Part shown: piece by piece, positions 1 to 9,483 of the stretch
Position numbering within the stretch: the first letter of the stretch is position 1
How the letters are laid out: every line of letters starts with the position of its first letter
Assembly: GCA_048886185.1 (NCBI GenBank)
Contig: JBHLKY010000007.1
Coordinates: 150,001-182,000 of the forward strand
Direction of reading: 5' to 3'
DNA from: Candidatus Hermodarchaeota archaeon
GTDB taxonomy: Archaea; Asgardarchaeota; Heimdallarchaeia; Hodarchaeales; Hodarchaeaceae
DNA: 32,000 nt
The notes under the pieces: generated by a model
The model's database searches: none
What the model was told of the DNA's origin: nothing
What the model saw: only the letters and a program-made list of their open reading frames with translations
Position numbers and translations under genes: made by a program

Positions 1-4
1 CATC

Positions 5-475
5 ATGGATAGTGAAATTATCCCAGCTATTACTCCTGTCGGATATGCAGCAAAACATCGTAGTAAAGTTGATAGATTGGCACGTTGGGCAGCTCGGTCA
101 AAAAATCGCTACCCTTTTACAAATTTATTCTTCGAAGGAGACTGTAAGCATCCGCTTACTCAAGAGAAAGCAGTTCCATACGATATACCATTGGAGATGA
201 TACGAATTGCTCCCTCGGCATCCAATCGACAACCTTGGCGAATTATAAAGGAAATTGATAGCCATCATTACCATTTCTTCATTCTTCGGAATAGAAGCTG
301 GTACAGCCACTTTCTCTCATGGCCTGATTTTCCAAGGGTTGATCTAGGAATCGCTATATGTCACTTTAATTTAACTGTTCAAGAATTATGTCTTCAAGGA
401 AGGTGGCAATTTATTCGACCTAAATTCACCATTCCAAATCATCTAGAATATTTCATCTCATGGATTAGTGAGTAA
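5..475 (+). CDS. Nitroreductase family protein, C-terminal part (probably 5'-truncated by the window edge)
   Basis: Motifs RIAPSASNRQPW and VDLGIAICHF; the frame is open back to the window start. Confidence 0.85.
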   Translation: MDSEIIPAITPVGYAAKHRSKVDRLARWAARSKNRYPFTNLFFEGDCKHPLTQEKAVPYDIPLEMIRIAPSASNRQPWRIIKEIDSHHYHFFILRNRSWYSHFLSWPDFPRVDLGIAICHFNLTVQELCLQGRWQFIRPKFTIPNHLEYFISWISE

Positions 476-510
476 AACTTTTTTAAAATAAAGAAATATT
501 TACGAAAGCT

Positions 511-2526
511 ATGTTAACAACTCACTCATTTAAGAACTACATCAATCAATTTTATTCAGAATTAGCCCTAATCAGTATAACATTTCTATTTTTCTTCGAA
601 TTAATATCGGATTTCGTAGAGGCAATTTATGCCCTCTGTCTTTTGACTCTATCCCTCAATGAGAACATTCTAAGCATTATTTTTCTCTTTTCTCCTATAC
701 TTCTAGTATTCTTAAGGAAAAACTTTTCAGATAAAATTCTCATTATTGTTGGGGAATTAATGGTTGTTTCTCGAATTCTTGAACCATTATTAAGCAATTA
801 CACACAAATTAGGATGATAGTTGCTGGTTTGGGCGTTGCTTGTTTTCTTATTTTTTTACCGTTATTTCTCTACCGAAAATATGGGTATGAAGAAGAGCAA
901 AGTGCTATAACAATTGGATTAGGATTGAGTATTGGATTAGCATTATCAATTTTGTTTAGGACAATTGGTTCATCAATTGATATTTCCACTTATAGCTGGT
1001 TTCAATCGATTGGTTGGATACTGGCAATAGTCGCAGGTATCATGTTTCTTGGCTTGGTAACAAGAGAGCAAAAGGTCGCTAACTCATTAAGTCTAGGAGA
1101 CTCTATTAGTATTTGGAGAACAGTAGGGCTCACAATTGGCTTAATTGGAATTCTAATGATGATATATTATACTTTTGCTAGTCCTACTGTCGTTTCTAGG
1201 TGGACTGAAGGGAATTACTTTCTTATTGTCTTCTTAGCTATTATTATGCTTACTCTCTTTGTTGTTATTGTAATAATGAAGCGTGATTTATTGAAGAGAT
1301 TAGATCCTTGGATAATTTGGTTAGGGAATGCCCTTTTTGTTATATCATTAGTCTTAACAATCATGCTAAATCAAACAGATTTTTCAAGAAATGCTTATCC
1401 AATTGATGCCCTTCCGACAACAATACTAAATCATATACCACTAATCTTGATGATATTTCTTTTCCCAATAATCTTAGTTGATTTTATGTTAATCTCTCGT
1501 GAGGTAATAATTAACAAACCAACATTGGGGAAATTAGCTGTGGGTTTCGCTCTCGCATCGATGTTTTTCTTACTTATGATCTTTGCACATGTTTTTACGA
1601 CAGTTTATGACTACATTGATGTTGTTGGCCCTTTTTTTCGTGACATGTTTTGGTTTGTGTATTTAATCGGGGGATTGAGTGTTGCCTTACCAGTATTTTT
1701 TGTGAGAAGGGGAGCTTTCATTTTCGATCCATTCGTTCTCGAATTCCGATCCAAGATAGTTGCTATAGTTATTATGACCATTACAATAGGAACTATTTTT
1801 GCTGCGTTTCTAACCGCCCCCACGCCTCCTACTCTTGGAGAAACCCCCTCAATAACTGTTTTGACTTATAATATTCAACAAGGATATAGCGAAGATGGCA
1901 TTAAAAATATTGATGGTCAATTACACGTAATTAAAGCAATTAATCCTGATATTATTGGATTACAGGAATGTGATACAGCTAGGATTGCTAATGGAAACAT
2001 GGATGTCGTTAGATATTTTGCTAATAATCTGAATATGTATTCTTATTATGGTCCGAAGACAGTTACGGGAACATTTGGGATTGCATTACTCTCAAAATAT
2101 CCAATCATGAATCCTAATACTTTTTTCATGTCTAGTGAAGGTGAACAGGCAGCAACCATTACAGCACAAATCAAAGTGGGTACGATTCTTTTGAATGCAT
2201 TTGTGACACATCTTGGTAATGGTGGCCCCCTTGTGCAACAAGAAGAAATACTTGATCGGATCGAAGGAAAAAACAATCTAATTCTGATAGGTGATTTTAA
2301 TTTTAGACCAGGTACTATCCAGTATAATAAAACCATGAGTAATTTAAATGATTCATGGTTAATCTCACAGACTTCAAATCTAGAATATTTGGATGATATT
2401 GAATACAACATTAATCGAAGGATAGATCACATCTTTGTATCTTTCGGAGTAGCTGTTTCCGAATGTGAATATATTGTAAGTAAAGAATCAGACCACCCAG
2501 CAGTTTGGGCTGAAATCATACTATAG
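511..2526 (+). CDS. Polytopic membrane protein with C-terminal endonuclease/exonuclease/phosphatase (EEP) domain, CWH43/PGAP2IP-like architecture
   Basis: About 435 aa of hydrophobic helices, then EEP motifs TYNIQQG, GLQE, THLG, GDFN, IDHI and SDH. The segment DIIGLQECDTARIANGNMDVVRYFANNLNMYSYYGP resembles the Cwh43 C-terminal domain as recalled. Confidence 0.8.
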   Translation: MLTTHSFKNYINQFYSELALISITFLFFFELISDFVEAIYALCLLTLSLNENILSIIFLFSPILLVFLRKNFSDKILIIVGELMVVSRILEPLLSNYTQIRMIVAGLGVACFLIFLPLFLYRKYGYEEEQSAITIGLGLSIGLALSILFRTIGSSIDISTYSWFQSIGWILAIVAGIMFLGLVTREQKVANSLSLGDSISIWRTVGLTIGLIGILMMIYYTFASPTVVSRWTEGNYFLIVFLAIIMLTLFVVIVIMKRDLLKRLDPWIIWLGNALFVISLVLTIMLNQTDFSRNAYPIDALPTTILNHIPLILMIFLFPIILVDFMLISREVIINKPTLGKLAVGFALASMFFLLMIFAHVFTTVYDYIDVVGPFFRDMFWFVYLIGGLSVALPVFFVRRGAFIFDPFVLEFRSKIVAIVIMTITIGTIFAAFLTAPTPPTLGETPSITVLTYNIQQGYSEDGIKNIDGQLHVIKAINPDIIGLQECDTARIANGNMDVVRYFANNLNMYSYYGPKTVTGTFGIALLSKYPIMNPNTFFMSSEGEQAATITAQIKVGTILLNAFVTHLGNGGPLVQQEEILDRIEGKNNLILIGDFNFRPGTIQYNKTMSNLNDSWLISQTSNLEYLDDIEYNINRRIDHIFVSFGVAVSECEYIVSKESDHPAVWAEIIL

Positions 2527-2617
2527 GAATAATCAAAGAGAATTAAAAGAAACAGAAACAAGATTTTGAATAATAATAACGAATGGAGACTCACTTTTGT
2601 CTTTGAGGACAAAATCA

Positions 2618-3496
2618 ATGTCTGATTATGGTTGTCAGTCAATGATAGGAAAAATGAGAAGGGTGTTGATTAAAACTCCAAAAGATGCTTTTATTAGTCA
2701 AGATTACTTGTATAAAAACTGGAATGATTATAACTACTTATCCTGTCCCAGTTACGAGAAAGCATTAAAGGAATATGAAGCTTTTGAAGGAATACTAAAG
2801 GAGTTTGTACCAGTGATAAACTATCTACCTTATGACCCAGAAGTTGGTTTGGATTCGATATTTACTCACGATCCAGTGAAGATCACAAAAAAGGGGGCGA
2901 TCTTACTAAATATGGGTAAAAGAGGACGAATGAATGAGCCTTATGTAATAAATAAAATACTAGAAAAATTAGGCATTCCTATTCTTGGTTCAATAACAGG
3001 AAAAGGGACAGTTGAGGGGGGAGATTTATTGTGGTTAGACGAGAAAACACTAGCTATAGGGAGAGGATATCGGACGAATGATGAGGGTATCATACAAATA
3101 AAAGAAATCACAGCAAATATTGTAGAGAAATATGTGATTGTGCCTTTACCCCATGGAGATGGTCCAGAAGCATGTCTTCATCTGATGTCCATAATAAGTA
3201 TGATTGCTGAAGACTTGGCAGTAATTTACTCTAAATTCATGCCTGTTCAATTTCGTGAATTATTGATTACATGGGGGATAAAATTACTCGAAGTTCCTGA
3301 AAAAGAATTTTACACATTAGGATCCAATGTACTAGCTATTGAACCTAGAAAGTGTATTATGGTTGCAGGTAATCATAAAACAAAGAAATTACTCGAAAAT
3401 GAGGGTGTTGATGTATTTGAGTATGAGGGAGAAGAAATATCACTCAAAGGTTCAGGGGGACCAACTTGTTTAACCTGCCCTATCGTTCGGAAGTGA
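2618..3496 (+). CDS. Amidinotransferase / dimethylarginine dimethylaminohydrolase-like (pentein) enzyme
   Basis: VEGGD, GRGYRTN, HLMS and C-terminal GSGGPTCLT with the catalytic Cys. ATG 2618 is preferred over TTG 2597. Confidence 0.85.
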   Translation: MSDYGCQSMIGKMRRVLIKTPKDAFISQDYLYKNWNDYNYLSCPSYEKALKEYEAFEGILKEFVPVINYLPYDPEVGLDSIFTHDPVKITKKGAILLNMGKRGRMNEPYVINKILEKLGIPILGSITGKGTVEGGDLLWLDEKTLAIGRGYRTNDEGIIQIKEITANIVEKYVIVPLPHGDGPEACLHLMSIISMIAEDLAVIYSKFMPVQFRELLITWGIKLLEVPEKEFYTLGSNVLAIEPRKCIMVAGNHKTKKLLENEGVDVFEYEGEEISLKGSGGPTCLTCPIVRK

Positions 3497-3647
3497 ATTA
3501 ACCAAACTATTCAGAAAAATAGCTTTTTCAAATCTCATTAATCGTTTCTCATCTTCTTGTATTGTACATCATACTTTTCTTATATAAAGAAGAAAAAACC
3601 ATAAAAGATTGAATTCAATTCTTCTGCAATAAACTTGGTAGATAAGC

Positions 3648-4058
3648 ATGAGTAAATGTATATTTTGTAAGATTGTCAGTGGTGTGGAACCTGGGATTTT
3701 TATTTATGAAGACAAAAAAACATTGGCAATTTTAGATATTTACCCAATATCTAGAGGGCATACACTTGTTATTCCTAAAAAACATTCACGAAATCTCTTT
3801 GACATTCAAGATGATGATGTCGCAGCGATTGGAATAACAATTAGGCGTGTAGCTAATGTATTGAAACAAGTTCTCCAATGTGATGGAATTAATATTCTTC
3901 AGGGAAATGAAAGAGCTGCATTGCAAGAAATCTTTCACACACATTTTCATGTCTTACCACGGTGGTTTAATGATAAAATTATCTTTGGAGCACAGCGAGA
4001 ACGACTTAAGGAAGATCCTGTATTGATATCACAACTAAAACAGGGATTTTCTAAATAA
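3648..4058 (+). CDS. HIT family nucleotide hydrolase
   Basis: N-terminal CIFC, GHTLVIPKKH and histidine triad HTHFHVLPR. Confidence 0.95.
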   Translation: MSKCIFCKIVSGVEPGIFIYEDKKTLAILDIYPISRGHTLVIPKKHSRNLFDIQDDDVAAIGITIRRVANVLKQVLQCDGINILQGNERAALQEIFHTHFHVLPRWFNDKIIFGAQRERLKEDPVLISQLKQGFSK

Positions 4059-4077
4059 TTTAAAGAGGTGTTTTCTT

Positions 4078-5190
4078 ATCTCTGAATTTCAGAACACAAT
4101 ACTTCATGGAGATGCATTTAAACTCATTGATAAACTTCCAAATGACTCAATTGATACTGTAATCACAAGTCCCCCATATTGGCGGCAAGTAAGATACAGT
4201 GAATCTGATAATGAATTAGGCCAGGAAAGCTCTGCTCAAGAATACATAAATAAAATATGTCTTCTCTTCAATAAAATCAAACACAAGCTTAAGGATCATG
4301 GATCACTCTGGGTCAATGTGGCAGACAATTATATAAGCAATAAAACGAAAAATATCCATTCCCTGAGTCTAGCAGCAATCCCTGAGCTTTTTAAATCGAC
4401 CATGATTTACACTTATTCTTGGATCTGTCGAAACGACATTATCTGGTATAAACCAAACGCTAGACCGAGTGGTGGAGTTTCAAGTCGGTTCGGAGTTGAT
4501 TATGAGCACATTTTTTGGTTTGTGAAGAGTCCATATTATTATTTTGTTACTCAACGTCTTCCTCATGAATGGATTGAAAAAGATAATCTTTCTCTGATAG
4601 GAAAATCAAGTAAAGCTGATCTTCTCGAGCATAATGAAAAGAAAACTGTTGGGATGCATGAAGCATTAAGCTTACGGGGGAAACCACGGACAAAAAGATA
4701 TCATCCATTGGGGAAATTGATGCGTAGTGTGTGGCCCATTGAGATTGAAAATGGCGAACTACCATTTATTATCTATCCTACCATCTGGATGATAAACACA
4801 ACTGGATATTCAGGAAAACATTTTGCTCCTTTTCCCTCTCAACTTGTACATCGTGTTTTAACCACTACCTGCCCCAGAAGAGTATGCAATCTTTGTGGGA
4901 AACCTATATTCGATCCGTTAGTTAAGGCTTATTATCCTAAAACGACTAAGAGAATCCTTTGCACTTGTGGAACAGTTTTGGAGTCGGAAGAGTCGAACCC
5001 AGGTTGTGTTTATGATCCCCTTGCAGGAACTGGGACAGTAGCTAAAGCAGCTATTGAATGTGGTAGGAATTTTATTGTTAGTGAGATACTTCAAGATAAC
5101 ATTAAGCAAATTCATGACAGAATAAAGACCGCTGAATTTAAAGACTTCTATATAATGGAATTTTTAGATTATTCAGATAAATTGAAGTAG
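4078..5190 (+). CDS. Beta-class N4-cytosine/N6-adenine DNA methyltransferase, orphan; N-terminus extends upstream of the called GTG at 4318
   Basis: The same frame upstream of 4318 reads ISEFQNTILHGDAFKLIDKLPNDSIDTVITSPPYW (SPPY at 4168-4179). It also has HFAPFP and C-terminal motif I DPLAGTGT. GAGGTG at 4065-4070 lies 7 nt before ATC 4078; the start position is inferred. Confidence 0.85.
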   Translation: MSEFQNTILHGDAFKLIDKLPNDSIDTVITSPPYWRQVRYSESDNELGQESSAQEYINKICLLFNKIKHKLKDHGSLWVNVADNYISNKTKNIHSLSLAAIPELFKSTMIYTYSWICRNDIIWYKPNARPSGGVSSRFGVDYEHIFWFVKSPYYYFVTQRLPHEWIEKDNLSLIGKSSKADLLEHNEKKTVGMHEALSLRGKPRTKRYHPLGKLMRSVWPIEIENGELPFIIYPTIWMINTTGYSGKHFAPFPSQLVHRVLTTTCPRRVCNLCGKPIFDPLVKAYYPKTTKRILCTCGTVLESEESNPGCVYDPLAGTGTVAKAAIECGRNFIVSEILQDNIKQIHDRIKTAEFKDFYIMEFLDYSDKLK

Positions 5191-5223
5191 AATTAATTGT
5201 TATAACCTGCAAATAAAAATGAT

Positions 5224-5673
5224 ATGGTAAGAATTATGTCAACTCAAAAAGGAAAATTCACAATTGGGATCGGTGCCATAATTGAACATTCTCAAACAGG
5301 TAAAATTCTTCTTCTCCATAGAATATCTTCAATGGATTTTGCAGCAAATCAATGGGATGATGTTGGCGGCAGAATGAGGCAATTTGAAACTCCAGAGGAG
5401 ACTTTACGAAGAGAAGTGAACGAGGAGACTGGAATAAGAAGTTTTGAAGTCGTAAAACCAATAGATGTGTCACATTACTTTCGTGGAGGGGAAACTGCTG
5501 ATAACGAAATGATAGTCATAACTTTCTGGTGTAAAACATCATCTAATAAAATCATTCTCTCTCCTGAACATGATGACTATCGCTGGGTGCTCCCAGAAGA
5601 GGCATTGTTCTTGATTGATGATCCTCCTCTAAAGCGGAATATCCAGAGATTCATTGATGAAAAAAATGCATAA
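5224..5673 (+). CDS. Nudix hydrolase
   Basis: Nudix box GGRMRQFETPEETLRREVNEETG and EHDDYRW. Confidence 0.93.
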   Translation: MVRIMSTQKGKFTIGIGAIIEHSQTGKILLLHRISSMDFAANQWDDVGGRMRQFETPEETLRREVNEETGIRSFEVVKPIDVSHYFRGGETADNEMIVITFWCKTSSNKIILSPEHDDYRWVLPEEALFLIDDPPLKRNIQRFIDEKNA

Positions 5674-5690
5674 AAATCAGCCTTTCATCT

Positions 5691-6668
5691 TCAGATCTGC
5701 GTGTTTTTCCATATTACTCTATAACCACCGATTAATAATCCTCCTATAATAAATAGTACAATTGTGGGAATAACTAATGCTCCAGCTAATCCCGTGAGAT
5801 CAAGAACTATTCCTTCTGGTTTTGAGGAATAATAGAGAACGCTATTTTCCCCCGTTAACATGTACGAGAAGACTGAAAGGACAGTGAAAAAATCAAGATA
5901 CATTACTAGCTCAAAAGCTTCTGTTTGACCAATAAGGGATTGCACAATTATTGTACTAGATAGAAAAAACATGAATGATAATAAACCTGCATACAATCTT
6001 CTTTGGGTCAGAGAAGAAAACACAAGTATAATGCTTGAGAGAACTATTGTTAAAATCTCAGTAAAAAAGACAACTCCACAAAGGACTGGAAAAGCTACAA
6101 GGATATCGACTGAACTTCCAATGCCTATAATCAATAAGACCCATTCAATGACACAAGGTAATGTATAGAAAAGATTACCGAAAATAAGAAGAGAACCATA
6201 TTTTCCGAATAGATATTCATATCTACTTACTTTTGAATCATAAATCTCCGAAACCTTATATCGAAGATCATCCGATATTAGCCCAGCTCCCATGATTACT
6301 ACCCCAATCAACATCAAAATCGAGAATCCTGTGTCGAAAGTTGGATCTGTTTCGTCAGGAGCCGTTATCATTACTTGGAATCGGGCGAAATTGCGAACTG
6401 TACTCCATAAGTGATCCTCTAAAATCTCATTGGACGTTTGTGTCTCTAGTTGAGTGTCTAATCCTACAAAAAGAAACATATTGGGAATGATTAGTATAAA
6501 AAGAGTAACAATGATTAGTATCTTGATAATTCGTGAACGATGCCATTGATGGATCATATTAAACCATGAGATTGACCATATTCGCCATAGTCTTCCTCTA
6601 TGTGTCCCCTCAAATGAACGAAATCCAAACCTTCTAACATATGCCTTTTCATTCACCTTAAACACCAT
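5691..6668 (-). CDS. ABC-2-type exporter permease-like membrane protein (no adjacent ATPase)
   Basis: About six hydrophobic helices and the GAGLISDDL...YEYLFGKY segment typical of ABC-2 permeases. Confidence 0.65.
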   Translation of the reverse strand: MVFKVNEKAYVRRFGFRSFEGTHRGRLWRIWSISWFNMIHQWHRSRIIKILIIVTLFILIIPNMFLFVGLDTQLETQTSNEILEDHLWSTVRNFARFQVMITAPDETDPTFDTGFSILMLIGVVIMGAGLISDDLRYKVSEIYDSKVSRYEYLFGKYGSLLIFGNLFYTLPCVIEWVLLIIGIGSSVDILVAFPVLCGVVFFTEILTIVLSSIILVFSSLTQRRLYAGLLSFMFFLSSTIIVQSLIGQTEAFELVMYLDFFTVLSVFSYMLTGENSVLYYSSKPEGIVLDLTGLAGALVIPTIVLFIIGGLLIGGYRVIWKNTQI

Positions 6669-6770
6669 AAAACATGAAAATAATAACTAGGATTTATACA
6701 CTTAACAAATTGGTCTCGTTCAAACTTTTTATTTTATCTACTTAATCTATTTAAAAAGATGTGATTGGGG

Positions 6771-7355
6771 ATGCATATGGTACAAGATCAAACAATAATT
6801 GAAGAATGGACCGATATAGAGCCCCCAGTACCACCAGAACTTGAAGAAGTGACTGTTGATGTGGATTCAACAGCGCTACTTGTATTAGATTTTCAATATT
6901 TAAATTGCAATCAGGAAAGAAGGCCTAGATGTGTATCTAGTCTCCCTAAAGTACATAAATTGATCTCGAATGCAAGGGAGAAGGATTTGTTTATCGTTTA
7001 TGCACTAATAAGGTCTTCAGCTGTTGAAGATATTCGTGAAGAAGTCAAACCACGAGGAGATGAACCAATAGTAAAAGCAGGGGTAGATAAATTCTATAAA
7101 ACTGACTTAGAAGAGATTTTGAAGACGAAAAATATCTCAAAAATCATTATTGTTGGAACATCTGCTCATGGTGCTGTATTACATACTGCTGTTGGGGCAG
7201 CACAGAGACAGCTAGAAGTAATCGTTCCAATTGATGGAATCTCTGCAAGTGAGGTCTACGCAGAACAATATACTATCTGGCATTTAGCGAATTCTCCAGG
7301 AACCAGACGAAGTGTGACATTGACAAAGTGTGATATGATTAAATTCCCCTTGTGA
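6771..7355 (+). CDS. Isochorismatase/cysteine hydrolase family protein lacking the catalytic Cys
   Basis: TALLVLDFQ (Asp) and IVKAGVDKF (Lys) are present; GTSAHGAV has Ala where GxxTxxCV has Cys. The start could be 6765, 6771 or 6777. Confidence 0.8.
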   Translation: MHMVQDQTIIEEWTDIEPPVPPELEEVTVDVDSTALLVLDFQYLNCNQERRPRCVSSLPKVHKLISNAREKDLFIVYALIRSSAVEDIREEVKPRGDEPIVKAGVDKFYKTDLEEILKTKNISKIIIVGTSAHGAVLHTAVGAAQRQLEVIVPIDGISASEVYAEQYTIWHLANSPGTRRSVTLTKCDMIKFPL

Positions 7356-7364
7356 GATAAAACA

Positions 7365-8465
7365 ATGGAATTAAAACATCTCTTCAGTCCTCATAAAATA
7401 GGAAAAGTCCGAATAAATAATAGAATCATAAGATCAGCTACGGCAGAAAACATGGCAGAAAACGGGCACCCTAGTGATCAGCTCATTAATCTCTATACTG
7501 AGCTAGCAGAAGGGGGAGTTGGATTAATTATCACAGGAGGTATTGCAGTTGATCCTTCAAGCACTTTTTCAAAGAAAGGAACCAGTTTACATAGTGATGA
7601 ATTTATTTCCAGTCATCGGAATTTAGTTGATATTATTCATAATTTTGATACAAGAATTGCGGCTCAAATTGGTCACACAGGTCGTCAAAGTTCGAATCGA
7701 AGATATGAGGCGGTCGCACCGTCTTCGATACAATATCCTATAACCAAACGAGTTCCACGGGCACTAACAACTGAAGAAATCATTAATGTTATCATACCCT
7801 CATTTGTTAATAGTGGTCGAAGAGCTTTTGAAAGTGGTTATGATATGGTACAATTACACGCTGCTCATGGATATTTATTGGGGAGTTTTCTGACACCTTA
7901 TACTAATCGACGAGCAGACGAATTCGGAGGCAGCATCGCTAATCGTGCAAAAATCTTGGTAGATGTATATAATGGTCTCAGGGATGAAGTAGGGAAGGAG
8001 TTTCCAATTATTATTAAATTACAAACCCATGATGGGGATTTAGTTGGAGGATTACGCCTTGAAGAGGGATTAAAAATTGCTAAAATAATATTAAAAACAG
8101 GATTTGACGCTATAGAACCTAGTGGGGGTGGTGGGGATCTTTTTGAAGCTGATAGGTGGTTTCCAAGTGTCCAAATTGAATCTCCTATAGACGAAAACTA
8201 TTTTCTACCAGTAGTGAAAGAAATTCGTACATTTAGCAATGATTGTACGCTTATTCTTATGGGCGGAATTAGAAATCCTTTACTAGCAGAAAGTTTCGTT
8301 CAAAAAGGGATAACGGATTTCATATCAATGAGTAGACCCTTAATTTGTGAACCAGATCTCGTCAATCGGTGGAAGAGTGGTGATCACTCCCCAGCTCTTT
8401 GCGAAAGTTGTAATTCTTGTTCTTTCTCTATAATCAATGGCCCCCTAGAATGTATTCTTAACTGA
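7365..8465 (+). CDS. NADH:flavin oxidoreductase (Old Yellow Enzyme family)
   Basis: NNRIIRSAT, QLHAAHGYLL, NRRADEFGGSIANR, SMSRPLICEPDL and C-terminal CESCNSC. Confidence 0.93.
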   Translation: MELKHLFSPHKIGKVRINNRIIRSATAENMAENGHPSDQLINLYTELAEGGVGLIITGGIAVDPSSTFSKKGTSLHSDEFISSHRNLVDIIHNFDTRIAAQIGHTGRQSSNRRYEAVAPSSIQYPITKRVPRALTTEEIINVIIPSFVNSGRRAFESGYDMVQLHAAHGYLLGSFLTPYTNRRADEFGGSIANRAKILVDVYNGLRDEVGKEFPIIIKLQTHDGDLVGGLRLEEGLKIAKIILKTGFDAIEPSGGGGDLFEADRWFPSVQIESPIDENYFLPVVKEIRTFSNDCTLILMGGIRNPLLAESFVQKGITDFISMSRPLICEPDLVNRWKSGDHSPALCESCNSCSFSIINGPLECILN

Positions 8466-8581
8466 AAAGATGAAGTATTATATTTCATTAAATCAATAAT
8501 AATTAAATAAATGTAAACAATATTAGAATCCATTTTGACTCACCCATTATAGACTATTCATGAAAAGGACCTGATTTCCAA

Positions 8582-9367
8582 ATGAAAATCCTTCCAGTTG
8601 AACTCTCTCTCATTCAAGACATTATTGTCATAATTATCTCATTTATCATCAGTATACTGTTCTTCTATTTCACTGATTGGATAAAAAAGAAAGAGATTGC
8701 CTCGCAATACTTCACTCGTAAACTGATACACCTTGCTTTAGCCCCAATTTTTTTATTCACCTTTCTATTCTATTCAGGGGAATGGTTTAGTCCTTGGATC
8801 GCCGTTATAATTCCTATCATTTATTTCATTGCAATTCTTTTGATTAATTTTGACATTATAAAATTAAGCCAGCTAACAACAACAATGAGTCGTTCTGGCG
8901 ACCCACGTGAACTTCTCCGTGGTATCGCTTACTATCTGGTTGTCGTGATCGTTGTTTGCATTATCGGGTGGACATCTTACCCTCTTATGACATGGTATAG
9001 CCCATTATCCATTTTTGTAATTACTATCCTAGCAATAGGAGATGGATTCGCGGACATTATTGGTCGCAAAGTAGATCGGTTAAAATTTAGAATTTTCGCT
9101 GATAAATCCATCCCTGGATCCCTAGCAATGTTTTTCTCTTCCCTTGCTGGTTGTCTGGCATTTCTAGCTGTTTTTGGCTACAATGTCCTAACTATGACTT
9201 TTCTTACTGTTTTAATTGTATTAATTGCTACAATCGTTGAGGCATTTTCTCTTGGTGACTTGGATAATATAACGGTTCCCCTCAGTACCCTTATTGCTTT
9301 TTTAATACTGTCTCCAATTCTTGTACCTTCAGCTGAATGGTCTTTGTTATCATTACCTCTACCTTAG
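8582..9367 (+). CDS. CTP-dependent polyprenol/phytol/dolichol kinase family membrane protein
   Basis: TRKLIH, GDGFADIIG, KSIPGS and DNITVP motifs with multiple TM helices. Confidence 0.85.
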   Translation: MKILPVELSLIQDIIVIIISFIISILFFYFTDWIKKKEIASQYFTRKLIHLALAPIFLFTFLFYSGEWFSPWIAVIIPIIYFIAILLINFDIIKLSQLTTTMSRSGDPRELLRGIAYYLVVVIVVCIIGWTSYPLMTWYSPLSIFVITILAIGDGFADIIGRKVDRLKFRIFADKSIPGSLAMFFSSLAGCLAFLAVFGYNVLTMTFLTVLIVLIATIVEAFSLGDLDNITVPLSTLIAFLILSPILVPSAEWSLLSLPLP

Positions 9368-9483
9368 TGATTAGCGTTATTACTACCTATTAGTCTTTCT
9401 TAGAGTTACAACTTTTCGAAGTCAGAAGCATTCTGCTTTTTATTTTCTCATGAAATCGATCAAATGTGTGGAATGGATAATCT

